From: Spirogloea muscicola
Lineage: Eukaryota
Length of the DNA: 45,240 nucleotides
Assembly: GCA_009602725.1 (NCBI GenBank)
Contig: WELB01000029.1
Span: 779,892-825,131 of the forward strand
Reading direction: 5' to 3'
Below the pieces are notes generated by a model. That model had not been told where the DNA came from. It saw nothing but the letters and a program-made list of their open reading frames with translations, and made no database searches. Positions 11,729 to 22,426 of the stretch are shown one piece after another. The position numbers were made by a program, and so were the translations under genes. Position 1 is the stretch's first letter. Every line of letters starts with the position of its first letter.

Positions 11729-14194
11729 CGCCGACCTCAAGCGCTCGGGCAGGCCCCTGGCGGACCTCGATGCCGGTGCGCGCCGGGCCGTCCACCGCTG
11801 CCGCCGAGCTCTGGCTGGGCGAGCGCCGCGATTTCCGGCGGGCCGTCCGGCGCAGCTCTCGCTTGCCGGTCCTCCGGCCACTCACCTCCAGCATGGGAGC
11901 TGCCGGCGCCAGGGATTGGCGGCGTGCGGCTGCAGCACTTGGGGGCCGGCGGTGCCGCCTTGGACGACGTCCTCGCGGCCGTGCAGGCCGCCACCCCAGG
12001 TGACGCCGGCGGGCCTCCGAAGCAGGGTTCAGGTTAGGGTTTAGGTTGAAAGCCTAAACCCTAGATCCCAAATCCTTAAACTCCTGAACCTGAACCCTAA
12101 GTCCTGAACTCTAGGCCTAAATGTAAGCCCTAAATCTTAACCCTAATGTAAACACTAAAGCCTATGATATAGGAACTTAGGTCGTAAGTATCAAATGGTG
12201 TAGAATATAATGCCGGTCGCTGCCTTGAGACGCAGCCGTGCTTGAGCGGTCGTGCAGCAGCGCCTGCTCTCTGCCAGGCTGCAGCGGTCGGGGCGCCGGG
12301 CCTGGCTCCGGCTTTGTACAGGCCGGCGGCATGTCTCTCCACTACCACCTGAACCGCTTAACCCTTAAGTCCAAACCCTAAAACCCTCTCCTGATGGCGG
12401 CTGGCGTGTGGTGGCAGGCCTTGTGGTGGTGGACTGCACGGCGAGCGACGCAGTGGGCCAGCTCTGGGCCGCCGCTGCCGCGCGCGGCGCCTGCCTCGTG
12501 CTTGCCAACAAGAAGCCCCTCACTGCCGTGCTGGTTCGCCGCTGCCCCTCCTCAGCACCGACTGCGAGCAGCCCGCCGTGCCGCTCCCAGTCATTGCTGA
12601 CGGCTTGCACGCATTGTTTACAACAGGCCGTGTACGACGGCATCACTGCAGCGGGCCGCCGCTTGCGCTGCGAGTCCACGGTGAGCTCCAGCCCCTGCAA
12701 TTTACTTCTTGAGTGTGTCTTAGGATTCAGATCGTAACCCCAAGCCAGCGACGGCGCGCTGACGCTGGCCCGCCGCCATGGCAGGTGGGTGCGGGCCTGC
12801 CCATCATGGCCGCGCTGGCGCGGCTGGTCGCCGCCGGCGACCCCGTGTGCAGGATCGCCGGCCTGCTCAGTGGTGCGGGCGCGCTTCCCTGGTCGGAGCT
12901 TGCCCCTCGGCACAGGTGGCGCTATCGGCGAGCTCATGGCGGTGCCGCTTCCTCTGTGCTGCCAGGCACGCTCGGGTACGTCATGAGCGAGGTGCAGGGC
13001 GGGCGGCGCATCAGCGACGTCGTGCGGGCCGCCAGGGCGCTCGGCTTCACCGAGCCCGACCCCCGCGACGACCTCAGTGGCATGGACGTTGCCCGCAAGG
13101 TTGACATCGAAGGACATCCCCAGTCACTCCTATGAATCCTGCACCATAGTGGATCCTGCATCCTGTTGTGTGGATACCCAGGAAAGAGTGACGCGCTGAC
13201 TGGCGCTGCGCTGCAGGCGCTGATCATGGCGCGCCACCTCGGCTGGCGCATCAGCCTGGAGGACGTTGAGGTCGGTCAGCCCTCCATTCGCCCAGAGGAC
13301 GCTCGCTGACCACAGTGTGAGACTTAAGTGGCACAAATTGAGCCCTGAAGCAGAACCCTATATCTTTACATTCACGTTACATGTGCAGAATGCTCCAGGC
13401 GGTATTAAATTCTGCTGAATGCACCAGCCTCAAATGCGAAGGCCTGACCTGGTTCATGGACGGCGCACTGCGTGGCAGGTGGAGAGCCTGTATGACAGCA
13501 GCATGGACCCAGCTCGAATGCCCCTGGACCGCTTCATGGAGGACGGCCTGAGCACCTTGGACGAGAGCTTTGCACGCCGTGCAGAGGCGGCGCAGACCCG
13601 GGGCTGCGTCCTCAGATACCTGGCGAGCATCGAGGGCGGCAGGTGCAATCACGGCCACCAGCGCAAATTGAGTGTGCAAGCTCTGCCACAATCCGTCACA
13701 TACAAATGGCAGACGCATCTGAGCTTGCCATTGCAGCAGGCGGCCACTTCATGACAAGACCTAGCTTGGATGCGGCTGTTGGCCAGGTGCTGCGTAGGCG
13801 TAATGGAGGTCCTTGTGTCCAGCCCCCTAGGGCTGCTGCGCGGCAGCGACAACTTGGTGCGCAGCCCGCCCCCTCTTTGCCAACATTGCGCCTCTGTGCA
13901 CCACCTCTGACCACTACCTGCGCCACCAAAATTGGAGGCAGATGTCTGCCTCCATGCATGCTTCAAGAGTGTTGTGTTAGCTGCTCCACTTGTAATTATT
14001 TGTAATACACGTGCAACTGGGTGCTGTGCTCTAACAGGCAGGCACTTCTTTTCCTTTGTCAGGTGGAGATTTGGTCGAGCTGCTACCAAACGACGCCACT
14101 GGTCATCCAGGGTGCCGGTGCCGGCGACAAAACCACAGCTGCTGGCGTGCTCGCTGACATCCTCGATCTCCAAGACCTCTTTGCGGTGCGCTGA
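11664..14194 (+). CDS. HSD: Monofunctional homoserine dehydrogenase, plant type (N-terminal Rossmann GxGxxG segment not seen)
   Basis: Ten exons give ELPDAALTAIADLKRSG, GLVVVDCTAS, VLANKKPL, CESTVGAGLPI, LSGTLGYVMS, GFTEPDPRDDLSGMDVARK, CVLRYLA, LRGSDNL, PLVIQGAGAG..TTAAGVLADILDL; stop 14192-14194. Start uncertain. Confidence 0.9.
12025..12165. repeat. Degenerate telomere-like array in HSD intron, with orientation switch
   Basis: gggttcaggttagggtttagg then cctaaaccctag...cctgaaccctaa...gccctaaatcttaaccctaa; a second patch aaaccctaaaaccct near 12373-12387. Confidence 0.8.
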
Positions 14195-15282
14195 GATTCA
14201 TTTCCTGGCAGCCAACGAGCTGCTTCCTCTTCCCTATCAGGGTCTTTGGTAGAGGCTCTTACCCCGCAGTCAGCTGAGACACACCTACTAGAAATCAAGG
14301 CACTTGAGACAGGCGACAAAGCTCACTCCAAGATTCTGCTATGGCGAGCTATGGGCATCAGAGATCTCTGGCTATCTGCTTTGGCTGCTATGTTACCATC
14401 ATGAGCGCTGATCATATACCCGTGGGCCCACTGAAGCAGCATCGAAACCCAGTTGCTGCTTCACTAGAGCAACAAGTCGACCTCTCCAGGAGCCGCTCAT
14501 TGGAAACTTGATCTTAGAAGAGTATTCCTGAGGCCCCGCTGAGGGCAAAAGCGGCAGGAAGCGTTGCCGGGCTTGCAAGCATTGCAGCCCTGCGTTCACA
14601 TCTCTCTGCTGCAAAATCAGGAGCCCTCCACATGCTAGCACCTACCTTCCTTCTCCTCGTCAAAAGACTCAAGACTTGACCCTAGCAAGCTCGAACTGTG
14701 CTCCATATGGGTCTTCTTGGCATGCCATCTCTTTCGTCTGGACCACAACATGCATACTTCGACCCCAACTTCCAACCTCTTCACAGTGACCTGGAGATGT
14801 TGAGCCTAATGAAATAGAGTTGGGGTCTGGCTTTTGAAGTCAAAGGGTCAGTGCTCAGTGCTGTAATGCAGAGTCCCTAAACCTGGGCTTACAGATTGCT
14901 GCTTGCTCAGTTGAGCTTTGCCAGAGTGGTATCCCCCTGTGCCCACCTGCGTTGTCTGCCAGTGTGCAAGGTCGCAGCATACCTCGGCAGGTCCAATTTG
15001 GCAGGTGTGCTTGGTACCTAAGAACTGACTGCCCAGCCTGCAGTCTGCGGTTAACGAGGCTATAACCTTGAAGGATTTACCAGCCCCTGCTACTCAGTTC
15101 ATATTGAGAATGCGGAGGCCATACCAGCATTGGCGAATACATCCTGTACGGCACATGCCATTCCAGCAAGTCATTGAGCGAGACCACGTCCTAAAGTTTA
15201 TGGTCACCCGGCAGAACGATGTCTCTTAGCAGCAAGTAAGCCTCAGAGCTTGCAAAGCTGAGCCAGACCAAGAAGACAAAGA

Positions 15283-18075
15283 TCAAGTCATGACCCTACG
15301 TGTCAGGACTCTCTGCCCAGAGGGCTTGCGCTGCTTCTGCTCTGAGGACTCAGGCACAGGTGGTGCTTCAGAGGGAGCGTAGGAATGGCTTGGTCTTGGT
15401 AGAGTGGCATTCAGGTACTCCAGCAGTGATACAGCCTTCAGCTGGTGTATCATTGCCTTGACCTGCAGAGCATGGGGTCAAGCGATTCTCATATTAGGAC
15501 CTGCTGCTAGAAAGCCAGGCTGCTAGTGCTTGTTTGCACAGTCCCCGTTATTCTCTTCAGGCATTTGGCATGCTTCCAGCAAGTCCGCAACTTGTGCTGC
15601 CTGCAAGGATCACTGACAACTCTGATACTGCAACAGAGACGATGACATTGATAACAAGGACGGCACTCAGTGTAATGAAATGTACAAAAATGTGCATGGG
15701 TGCAACAAGGACACCTAGACTGCACAACTACAAACCATTTATCCAGAAAGCCACGTGCAGATGCAGAAGGCTCAATGACCACTGCAAAAAGCATGGCATG
15801 CTACCTGAAGGGCCTTGTCATTTGTAAGTAGGGTAACGGCTCCGTGAGCTGCAAAATGCAGACAGCACTCAACAATAGCATCGTCTGCTTGTTTCAGTCC
15901 TCGTGTTTGGGCAATCACCTCCCTCCTCCAGGTGCGTACGCAAGAGCCCTCGTCAGTGCTTGAGCTGCCAAGATCCAAAGTAGAGTTTGTGCAGGTCAGA
16001 GCTTCCTGGAGCCAATGCAAGAAGCCGCATCCACAATGTTGTTTGCTCTACAACCCAAGTTGTACATTGATACAACTTGTGCATGAAGGTGGCAGACTCA
16101 GTGCGGATTGCTTTCATAAGACTGCCTGCTACCTTGAGCTTGAACAAAGCCATCCAAGGACTCAATGAAATCACTGAACAAGTGTGTAACAACTCTGACT
16201 AATGAAAATCTAAACAGACTGCAGTCATGACTTTTTCCATATTCTAGCCGTCAGAATGATACCTGCTGCTACTATCATTTGCATGGCTGTCTGACATGAA
16301 ATCGTGCCGACCTGCACAGAGTTGCTGTCAGCAAAGATAGTACTTGGAGCTTTTGCTAGCAATCAAAATGAGTATTACGTATCAAAGTGCCCTACGCTTG
16401 AGCAGAGGTGAGCAGGATACTTCATCAGGGTGGTATTGAGATTGAGAAGTGAGCACCTTGTACAAGGCAGCGGAGCTCTGTGCGTTGCTGGCCCCTGAGC
16501 CAGCCAGCACCTCCTGCCATTTGCTGAGCAAGGTACCGGACCGACTGTGCACGCAGAACACGGAAAGCCGTGTCCTCATTATTGTCTCATTCATCAATTT
16601 GGTGTGACCTGAGAATACTGAGGGATGGTGCAGACAAAAACTGCTTGTAATTGAACATGAGGAAATTTCTAAAATACCAACATGGAAAGACACAAAAAGC
16701 CAGCTTAGAAATACATATGAGACTACTGGGCAACCTGCAGGAGCTCGTACTTCTAGTGGCTATCTCACCTTGCGAGCAGCAAATGCTGTGCTCTTGTCGG
16801 CATTCTGCTGCAGCCCGTCAAGTTCCTCCAGCACTGAAAAGAAATTCATAGATGTATACAGTCACATGATAACAATGAATGTGAAATTTAATAGGAACTT
16901 CTCGAATTACTGAGATACTTCCTGGCTGAATGTTGTTGCATTATTGTAGACATTTTCCTTGCAAAATAGGCCACAGAAATCTATCCGAAAGTACTCAAGC
17001 TAGTGCAGATTACCTTATAGAGGAAAGTCTGGTTGCTCAAGCTAGATAGAAATCGATTAGACAGAGTGTCGTACACAGGTGCAGGTACTCTTTGACTCAT
17101 ATGGTCAATGATGCATCAATGCTTACCAGCCAAAGGCACAATGGTCTGCACCCTTTCCAAGTCCTTCAGGAGTAGGACATGCCGAAAGTGTCGCAAGTAA
17201 CAGTTGGTATCAGGGACCACGAATGTTGTCCTTGGAGTGGTAGGAGGCATCTGCACTGGTCTGGCTGCTCTGGAGGCCTGCTGACTCTTGACACGCCTGG
17301 GCTCGGAGACTGTATGTGAGACTCTTGCAGCACCCCGTCTTCCCACGTTCACAGGCACAACAGCTCCTGTAGCGTCCTTAGGCATCTCACCTTTGGTGCC
17401 TTCCAACTTTGCTCCAACCTCTGCGACTGGCCTATCAATGCGCCGCCGCTGCTGCATTGGCTGCGGAGCAGCAACGTGCTCTGGATTGCTCAAATGGGCA
17501 GGACTGCCCTTGAGCTGTGTAGTAACCTCTTGAGCACTGGCAGGGACTCGCATATCCATCAAGGGGTTGTCAAGTATTTGCAGCTGCGACTTCAGGTGGA
17601 GGTTGACCTTGCCAAATTCAGCAGCCTCGGGCAAAGGGAGGCCAGTAAGCAACTGGCGTGAATGATCTGCTCCTTCACAAGAGGCAGGTGGCTGCTCCTC
17701 ACTGACCATTGACTGTGCCGACATGTCAAGGCTCGCGCTTCCGAGCTTCCTCGTGGCTGGAGGAAGTTTGACGCTGACGCGGCCTGCGGGCGCCTGCCAT
17801 TCTGCAGTCTCCTTCATTCCCAAGCTTCCGACAAACTTGCATGCATCCCTGCTACCTGGAGCAGCCACCTTGGACGGTTCCGTTGCTTGCTCACGCAGGA
17901 CGGCCTTGCTCCGCAGAGCCTCGAGAACAGCGTTCTTTTGCGTGTCCAAGTCGCGCCCCTGCAACAGCTCTGCCAAAGTGACCTCCTGCTGCCTCAACTC
18001 CTTCTGAAGCTTCTCCATAGCCTCCTCACTCCGCATTCTCTGCTTGGCAGGAACGCGAGCCAAGAAACTAATCAT
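15283..18075 (-). CDS. PIN-domain ribonuclease (SWT1/SMG6-like PIN) with N-terminal coiled coil
   Basis: Exons about 18039-17127, 16833-16769, 16544-16457, 15899-15805 and 15462-15283 give FVVPDTNCYL...IVPLAVLEELDGL...WLRGQ...ADDAIVECCLHF..VTLLTNDKALQVKA, retaining the acidic PIN catalytic residues. 5' and 3' ends uncertain. Confidence 0.8.
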
Positions 18076-19276
18076 GCCTTCTCCTTACAACATGACCGCA
18101 GCACGCTAAGTAATGCAAAATACAACTCTGCATTAAGATCATGGAAAAGAGGCTATGTGCATTGCTGGACACTTTCCTTCAGAGGCGCAATGCACCCTTA
18201 TACCCATCAAGGTAAGCAGCACGGACTTGAATGAGAGAGGACCGGAGCGTTGCATATGGACCATGTCACAGTACCTGCTTGTCCGCAACTGAGATGAGCT
18301 CCTGAAGGTTCTCCATGACCTCGCGGCGCCTCCTCGCGACCAGCCCCGTGCCCACAGCGCCGAAGAGAAAGGCAGCTTCCAGCCACGCAGAAGGCCTGAG
18401 CAGAATCGTCAGGCACTCCCTCCCGCCACAGCCGCTCCTGAGCTTCCGCGTCAGAGTGACGACAGGGTCGCCAGACTCTGTCCAACCTTCGCCAACCGCA
18501 ACAGATGCCAACTGGTAGTCGTTCGAGGACGAAGGGACGAGTCCACCGCTCTTCTGCACCTGGCTGACCAGCAGAGGAGGTGCTCCTGCCGAGGCCAGAC
18601 CACGGGCATTGCCATGCTGAGCCATGGACCCGGGCCGTGCTTGCCATGCGGCAAACTCTTCATTGGTCGGCCCAATGGTAGGCAGCCAGATGCCAGCCTG
18701 TGCCGGCGGGGCTGCTTCACTGAGCAGCGCAGCTGCCACAATACCAACTGCTGCACCGGCGCAGAGCCTCATGCAGATACTAGTCAGCGGCAAGCCACTA
18801 GTTGCAGCGCTTGCATCAACCCCAGGATGTCCGTCGGCCTCCGGTGGTTGGCAAGGACGCGCCTGGGACCTCACACAGCCCTGCGCTCGCTGGCAGTGCA
18901 TGTCACTGCGGTTGGCTCTCGCAGATACTGCACATAAAAAGATGTAGTTGTGCATTAGATGTCTGAGACCAGTCGAAGTGATGACAGCGTTAACAATCTT
19001 ACCAAGTCCTTGCAGAAGCAATGAATTTATGATCCTGAAGCTGCTGTTCCGTGCTTGTGTCTGAACATAGCGGATACATGAAGTTACAATGTACGGTCTG
19101 AGGCGACGAGATTACATACCTCCTTGGACAGGCGTGGACGGCCGCAGCTTGACGGCAGAGGCATGCGACGGGGCAAGGCCTGACGGAGTCCTGGCCTCGC
19201 TTCCAGCAGCGAGACGGTGGCGCTCTCTCAACGACCCTTTGAATGGCGAGGCGGCTGACGTGGAAGCGGACATCAT
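18072..19276 (-). CDS. Membrane-protein module (transit-like N-terminus, hydrophobic segments); either the N-terminus of the PIN gene or a separate upstream ORF
   Basis: An exon ending at 19120 (g|gtatgt) joins 18750-18275 in phase 1: Ser/Ala/Arg-rich leader, AVGIVAAALLSEAAPPAQA, TM-like AWLEAAFLFGAVGTGLVA then RRRR, donor cag|gtactg at 18274. Start codon not established. Confidence 0.5.
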
Positions 19277-20483
19277 GCTGGCACCACCACGAGCTCCTTG
19301 CCAACTAGCGCACGACGTCGAGAGGCTCGTAGCCAAGCGGAGCAGCACACGGCGGGTCCTGAGATGTGCCCCCGGTCAGGGCCCCCAGGGACGGGTACGC
19401 CGTCGGCAAGAGGCCCTGCCGGCAAGCAAGCGCCGCATTGGCGCGCTCTCGCTCCGAGCGAGGTCGGAGCGACGCTCCGAGCGACTCCCCGGGCCTGCGG
19501 GCGCAGCAGTGGACAGCTCCACCACGAGCTCCTCCAAGAGCTAGCTATTCCAGGCTGGCAAGCTTGAGGTGCCGCAGTTGTGCTCCGCTCCAACACAGCG
19601 CCGCAGCACATGCGACAAAGAGCTGCGGTGCGAAGTGCCGCGCATGCAGTGGACGAGACTGCACGAAGCGGGCCGCTATCGATGTCGACGACGGCAGCGG
19701 CAAGGAAGCTGCGGCTGCGGCGGCGGCGGCGGCGGCGGCGGCAGCGACTGCGGCGGCGGCTGCGGCGGCTGCAGGAAGGGCACCCTCGGCAGGCGGAGAC
19801 CCCATTCACATACGTGTAGTATTTGCCACGTCGAAAGGCGGGTTGAGATCGGTCTGTCGAGCATGCAATCAGGACCCAGCACAAATCCAGGTCAGATTCC
19901 ATGAGCACACTTACAGATTACGCGCCCCCGAAAGGCAGCCGTGTGCTGCACCGCGGCTCGCTCGCGGCCGCCACGTGTGCACCACGGGGGGATTGGGCTG
20001 CGGGGGGGGGGGTAGCCAGAATCTGGAGATGGGCTGTCTCTTCTTGTTCTCTGGAAAGTAATGCGTACCATTGGAGGATCCTTTGAGACCGTCCGGACAT
20101 GAAGGCTGTTGTTCCTCTTCAAGCGCCACGCCGTCGCTGCTCACGACGCTTTTCGTACGTCTCCAGGCAAGAATGGTCCGGGAGATTGACCATGCTGGTT
20201 CCGAACATTACCGGATTTGTAGTTCTGGTACCTTGGATCTGCTGGTCCGCCGCATCAACTCTGAAAGCGCGAGCCTGCCCAGTTCATTGATTTCAATCAT
20301 CTACAATCGAACAGGGAATTAGCAGATTACTTTGATATTGCCGGCTAGGGCGTCCCCGGCGGCGGCGGCGCAGATCGCGGCGTCCGTCGCGGCGGGGACG
20401 GCGGCGCGAGCTGCGGAGCCAAGACCAGCGCCAACGGCTCGCCCACACGTCTGCGCCGCAGCTCGTCGGGGGACCCGGCTGCG

Positions 20484-21253
20484 ATGCCGTATACGGGCAA
20501 GAGCACGCTGGCCCTGGTGAGCGAGCGAGCCCTCGCCACCTTTGCCGCGGCGTCGCAGCCCGATCCGCGGCCTCCGCGCGGCCGCTTGCGACGCGTAGAT
20601 CGCGGCGCGCGCTGCGGTTCCTCTGATCACAGCCGGAGCCGCCGCGCCGCCGCGCCGCTGCAGGTCGCCCGGGTGTCCGCAGTGGTGGTCGGCGTCGCTT
20701 ACGGCGCCACCAAGCTGGCATATCTCAAGGTGCGCCAGCATCTGGCTCTCCGTTGACGACGGCCCTCGGCGGCTCGCACAACGCCTGGGGCCCACCATGA
20801 GCGCCTGAGGCGGCTGGCCGCCACAAGCTTGAGATCGCGGCAGCTGCGTTGCATGCAACGGGAGCGGCGGAAGGACCGCGGCCTCAGGGCCGGCGGCTGG
20901 CATGGCCTGGAGTTGTTGGCCACTCAAAGGGACCGTGTCATTCACTGGCGTAGCTGCACCTGACGCTCCGCCTCGTTGTCCTGCATCGTCAGCATCGCCG
21001 AGTCACAGTTGGCATACAAGACGGAGAGCGGCAGCGGCGGGCATGCTCAGCTGAGCTGCGGTGTCCATTGTGCTGGTCGCAGGCGAGCTCAGCAGCGCAC
21101 AGAGTGGCGGGCGAAGCCAGCGCGCTGGCGCATAAGGTGTCGGACACAACTGCGGGGGCAGCTCACAGCACCAGCGAATCTGTCAAGGGGGCCGCCAAAA
21201 CAACGGCGGACGCCGCCAAGGCTGCAAGCGAGAAGGTGACGAGCAAGCACTGA
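20484..21253 (+). CDS. ATP21: Mitochondrial ATP synthase subunit e (plant type) with C-terminal extension
   Basis: Exons 20484-20516, 20664-20729, 21083-21253 (all phase 0, GT-AG). MPYTGKSTLAL-VARVSAVVVGVAYGATKLAYLK resembles plant subunit e (PYSGTSTLALVARxSA..GxxYG..KL..LK). Confidence 0.8.
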
Positions 21254-22166
21254 GGCCAGCCCACTTGGCGTGCGGCGCAAGTCGCATCCCAAAGACAAGG
21301 CGAGACCTCCAAGTTGCTGCCCTCAACAACTGATGCAGAGATGAGCAATGCAGCAAGCTCGTGCTGTCAGCACTGTCTGGTTGCACAGCAACCACACTTT
21401 CTAATGCCAAGACGGTGAACAGTAAGAGCGAGCTATGGCATAGCTCCAGCCAGCTACCCTTGGGACACAGCGCAAGTGCGTCCATGCTGACCTGCTGGTG
21501 CACCCTAGCGAGTGGCAGGGTCCAGCAATGATTAAGCTTGTGTCTCAGCTGCTCAGTGTGTGAGGTTGTGAGAGCGTGACTTCACACTATCTACGACGCA
21601 TAATGAAAGGGGGTGGGAAGGCGAGATGTGTGGCGGCGAGGTGTTCCCTTGCCCGAGGCATAAACATAATATGACCCATTTGGCCGTTGACTTGTGGAGA
21701 ACTTCAATCCCTACAGTCTCCAGGAAGTTGGGCAGCGGTTCTGAGCCAGTTTTGAGGTGGATATGCAGACTTAGCAAAGAGTCCAACACAAGTAGCTCCG
21801 AGAAGTCCCTGATGTTGGCCAAGTCTTGTGTCCACCAGGTCGGGTGAGCAGCTGCAACAGAGGGAACAATCATTGCTTCCCGTGTATTGTGCTCAGTAAA
21901 TGGAACTCAGCAATGAGGAGGCTGCTGTAGCCAGCTTGACCACACTTTGACATGGAACGGGCCGGTACACAAATCCGGCACGCATGTACAGGCGCCCGAC
22001 AGGACAGCGGACAGGTGCTGACTGCCGCCCGCTGCAACAAGAAGGGCTGCTGATGGGAGTGCAGCCAGTACTTCCAGTTACAACATTGTGCCGACGCCAG
22101 GCAAAATGGCAAGTGATATAGCTCAGGACGCCAGGCCGAGCACAAAACCTCAACTCGGCCGACGAT

Positions 22167-22290
22167 GGGCAAAATTGCGGCTCCCAAGACCCGCTCAAAG
22201 CTCTACCTGGGACTAGACTGAGAGCCTGGGCAGAATTGCGGCTCCCAAGGCCGGCTCGAAGCTCTACCTAGCGCGATGCTGAGAGCCTGG
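22167..22290. repeat. Two-copy 61-bp diverged tandem repeat
   Basis: gggcaaaattgcggctcccaagacccgctcaaagctctacct...gagagcct at 22167 and gggcagaattgcggctcccaaggccggctcgaagctctacct...gagagcct at 22228. Confidence 0.85.
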
Positions 22291-22426
22291 CGACAGCCGT
22301 AAAGCGAGTGGCTGGGCATTCCCGACTCCGCCAAGCTGGCTGTCGAGGCCCAAAATGTCAGCTGCAGGATTGGACGAGATCGCGCGTTTTGGCAGCTTGC
22401 CTTGCTGCCGCTGTCAGCGCCGTCTC

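Noticed and set aside
21870..22075. Extra LPA2 terminal exon (KYWLHSH...)
   Set aside because: It would need a non-AG acceptor; read-through YKSVAGGRR* gives a normal-length C-terminus.
22167..22290. CRISPR-like repeat-spacer array
   Set aside because: Only two diverged tandem copies, no unique spacers, no cas genes, eukaryotic context.
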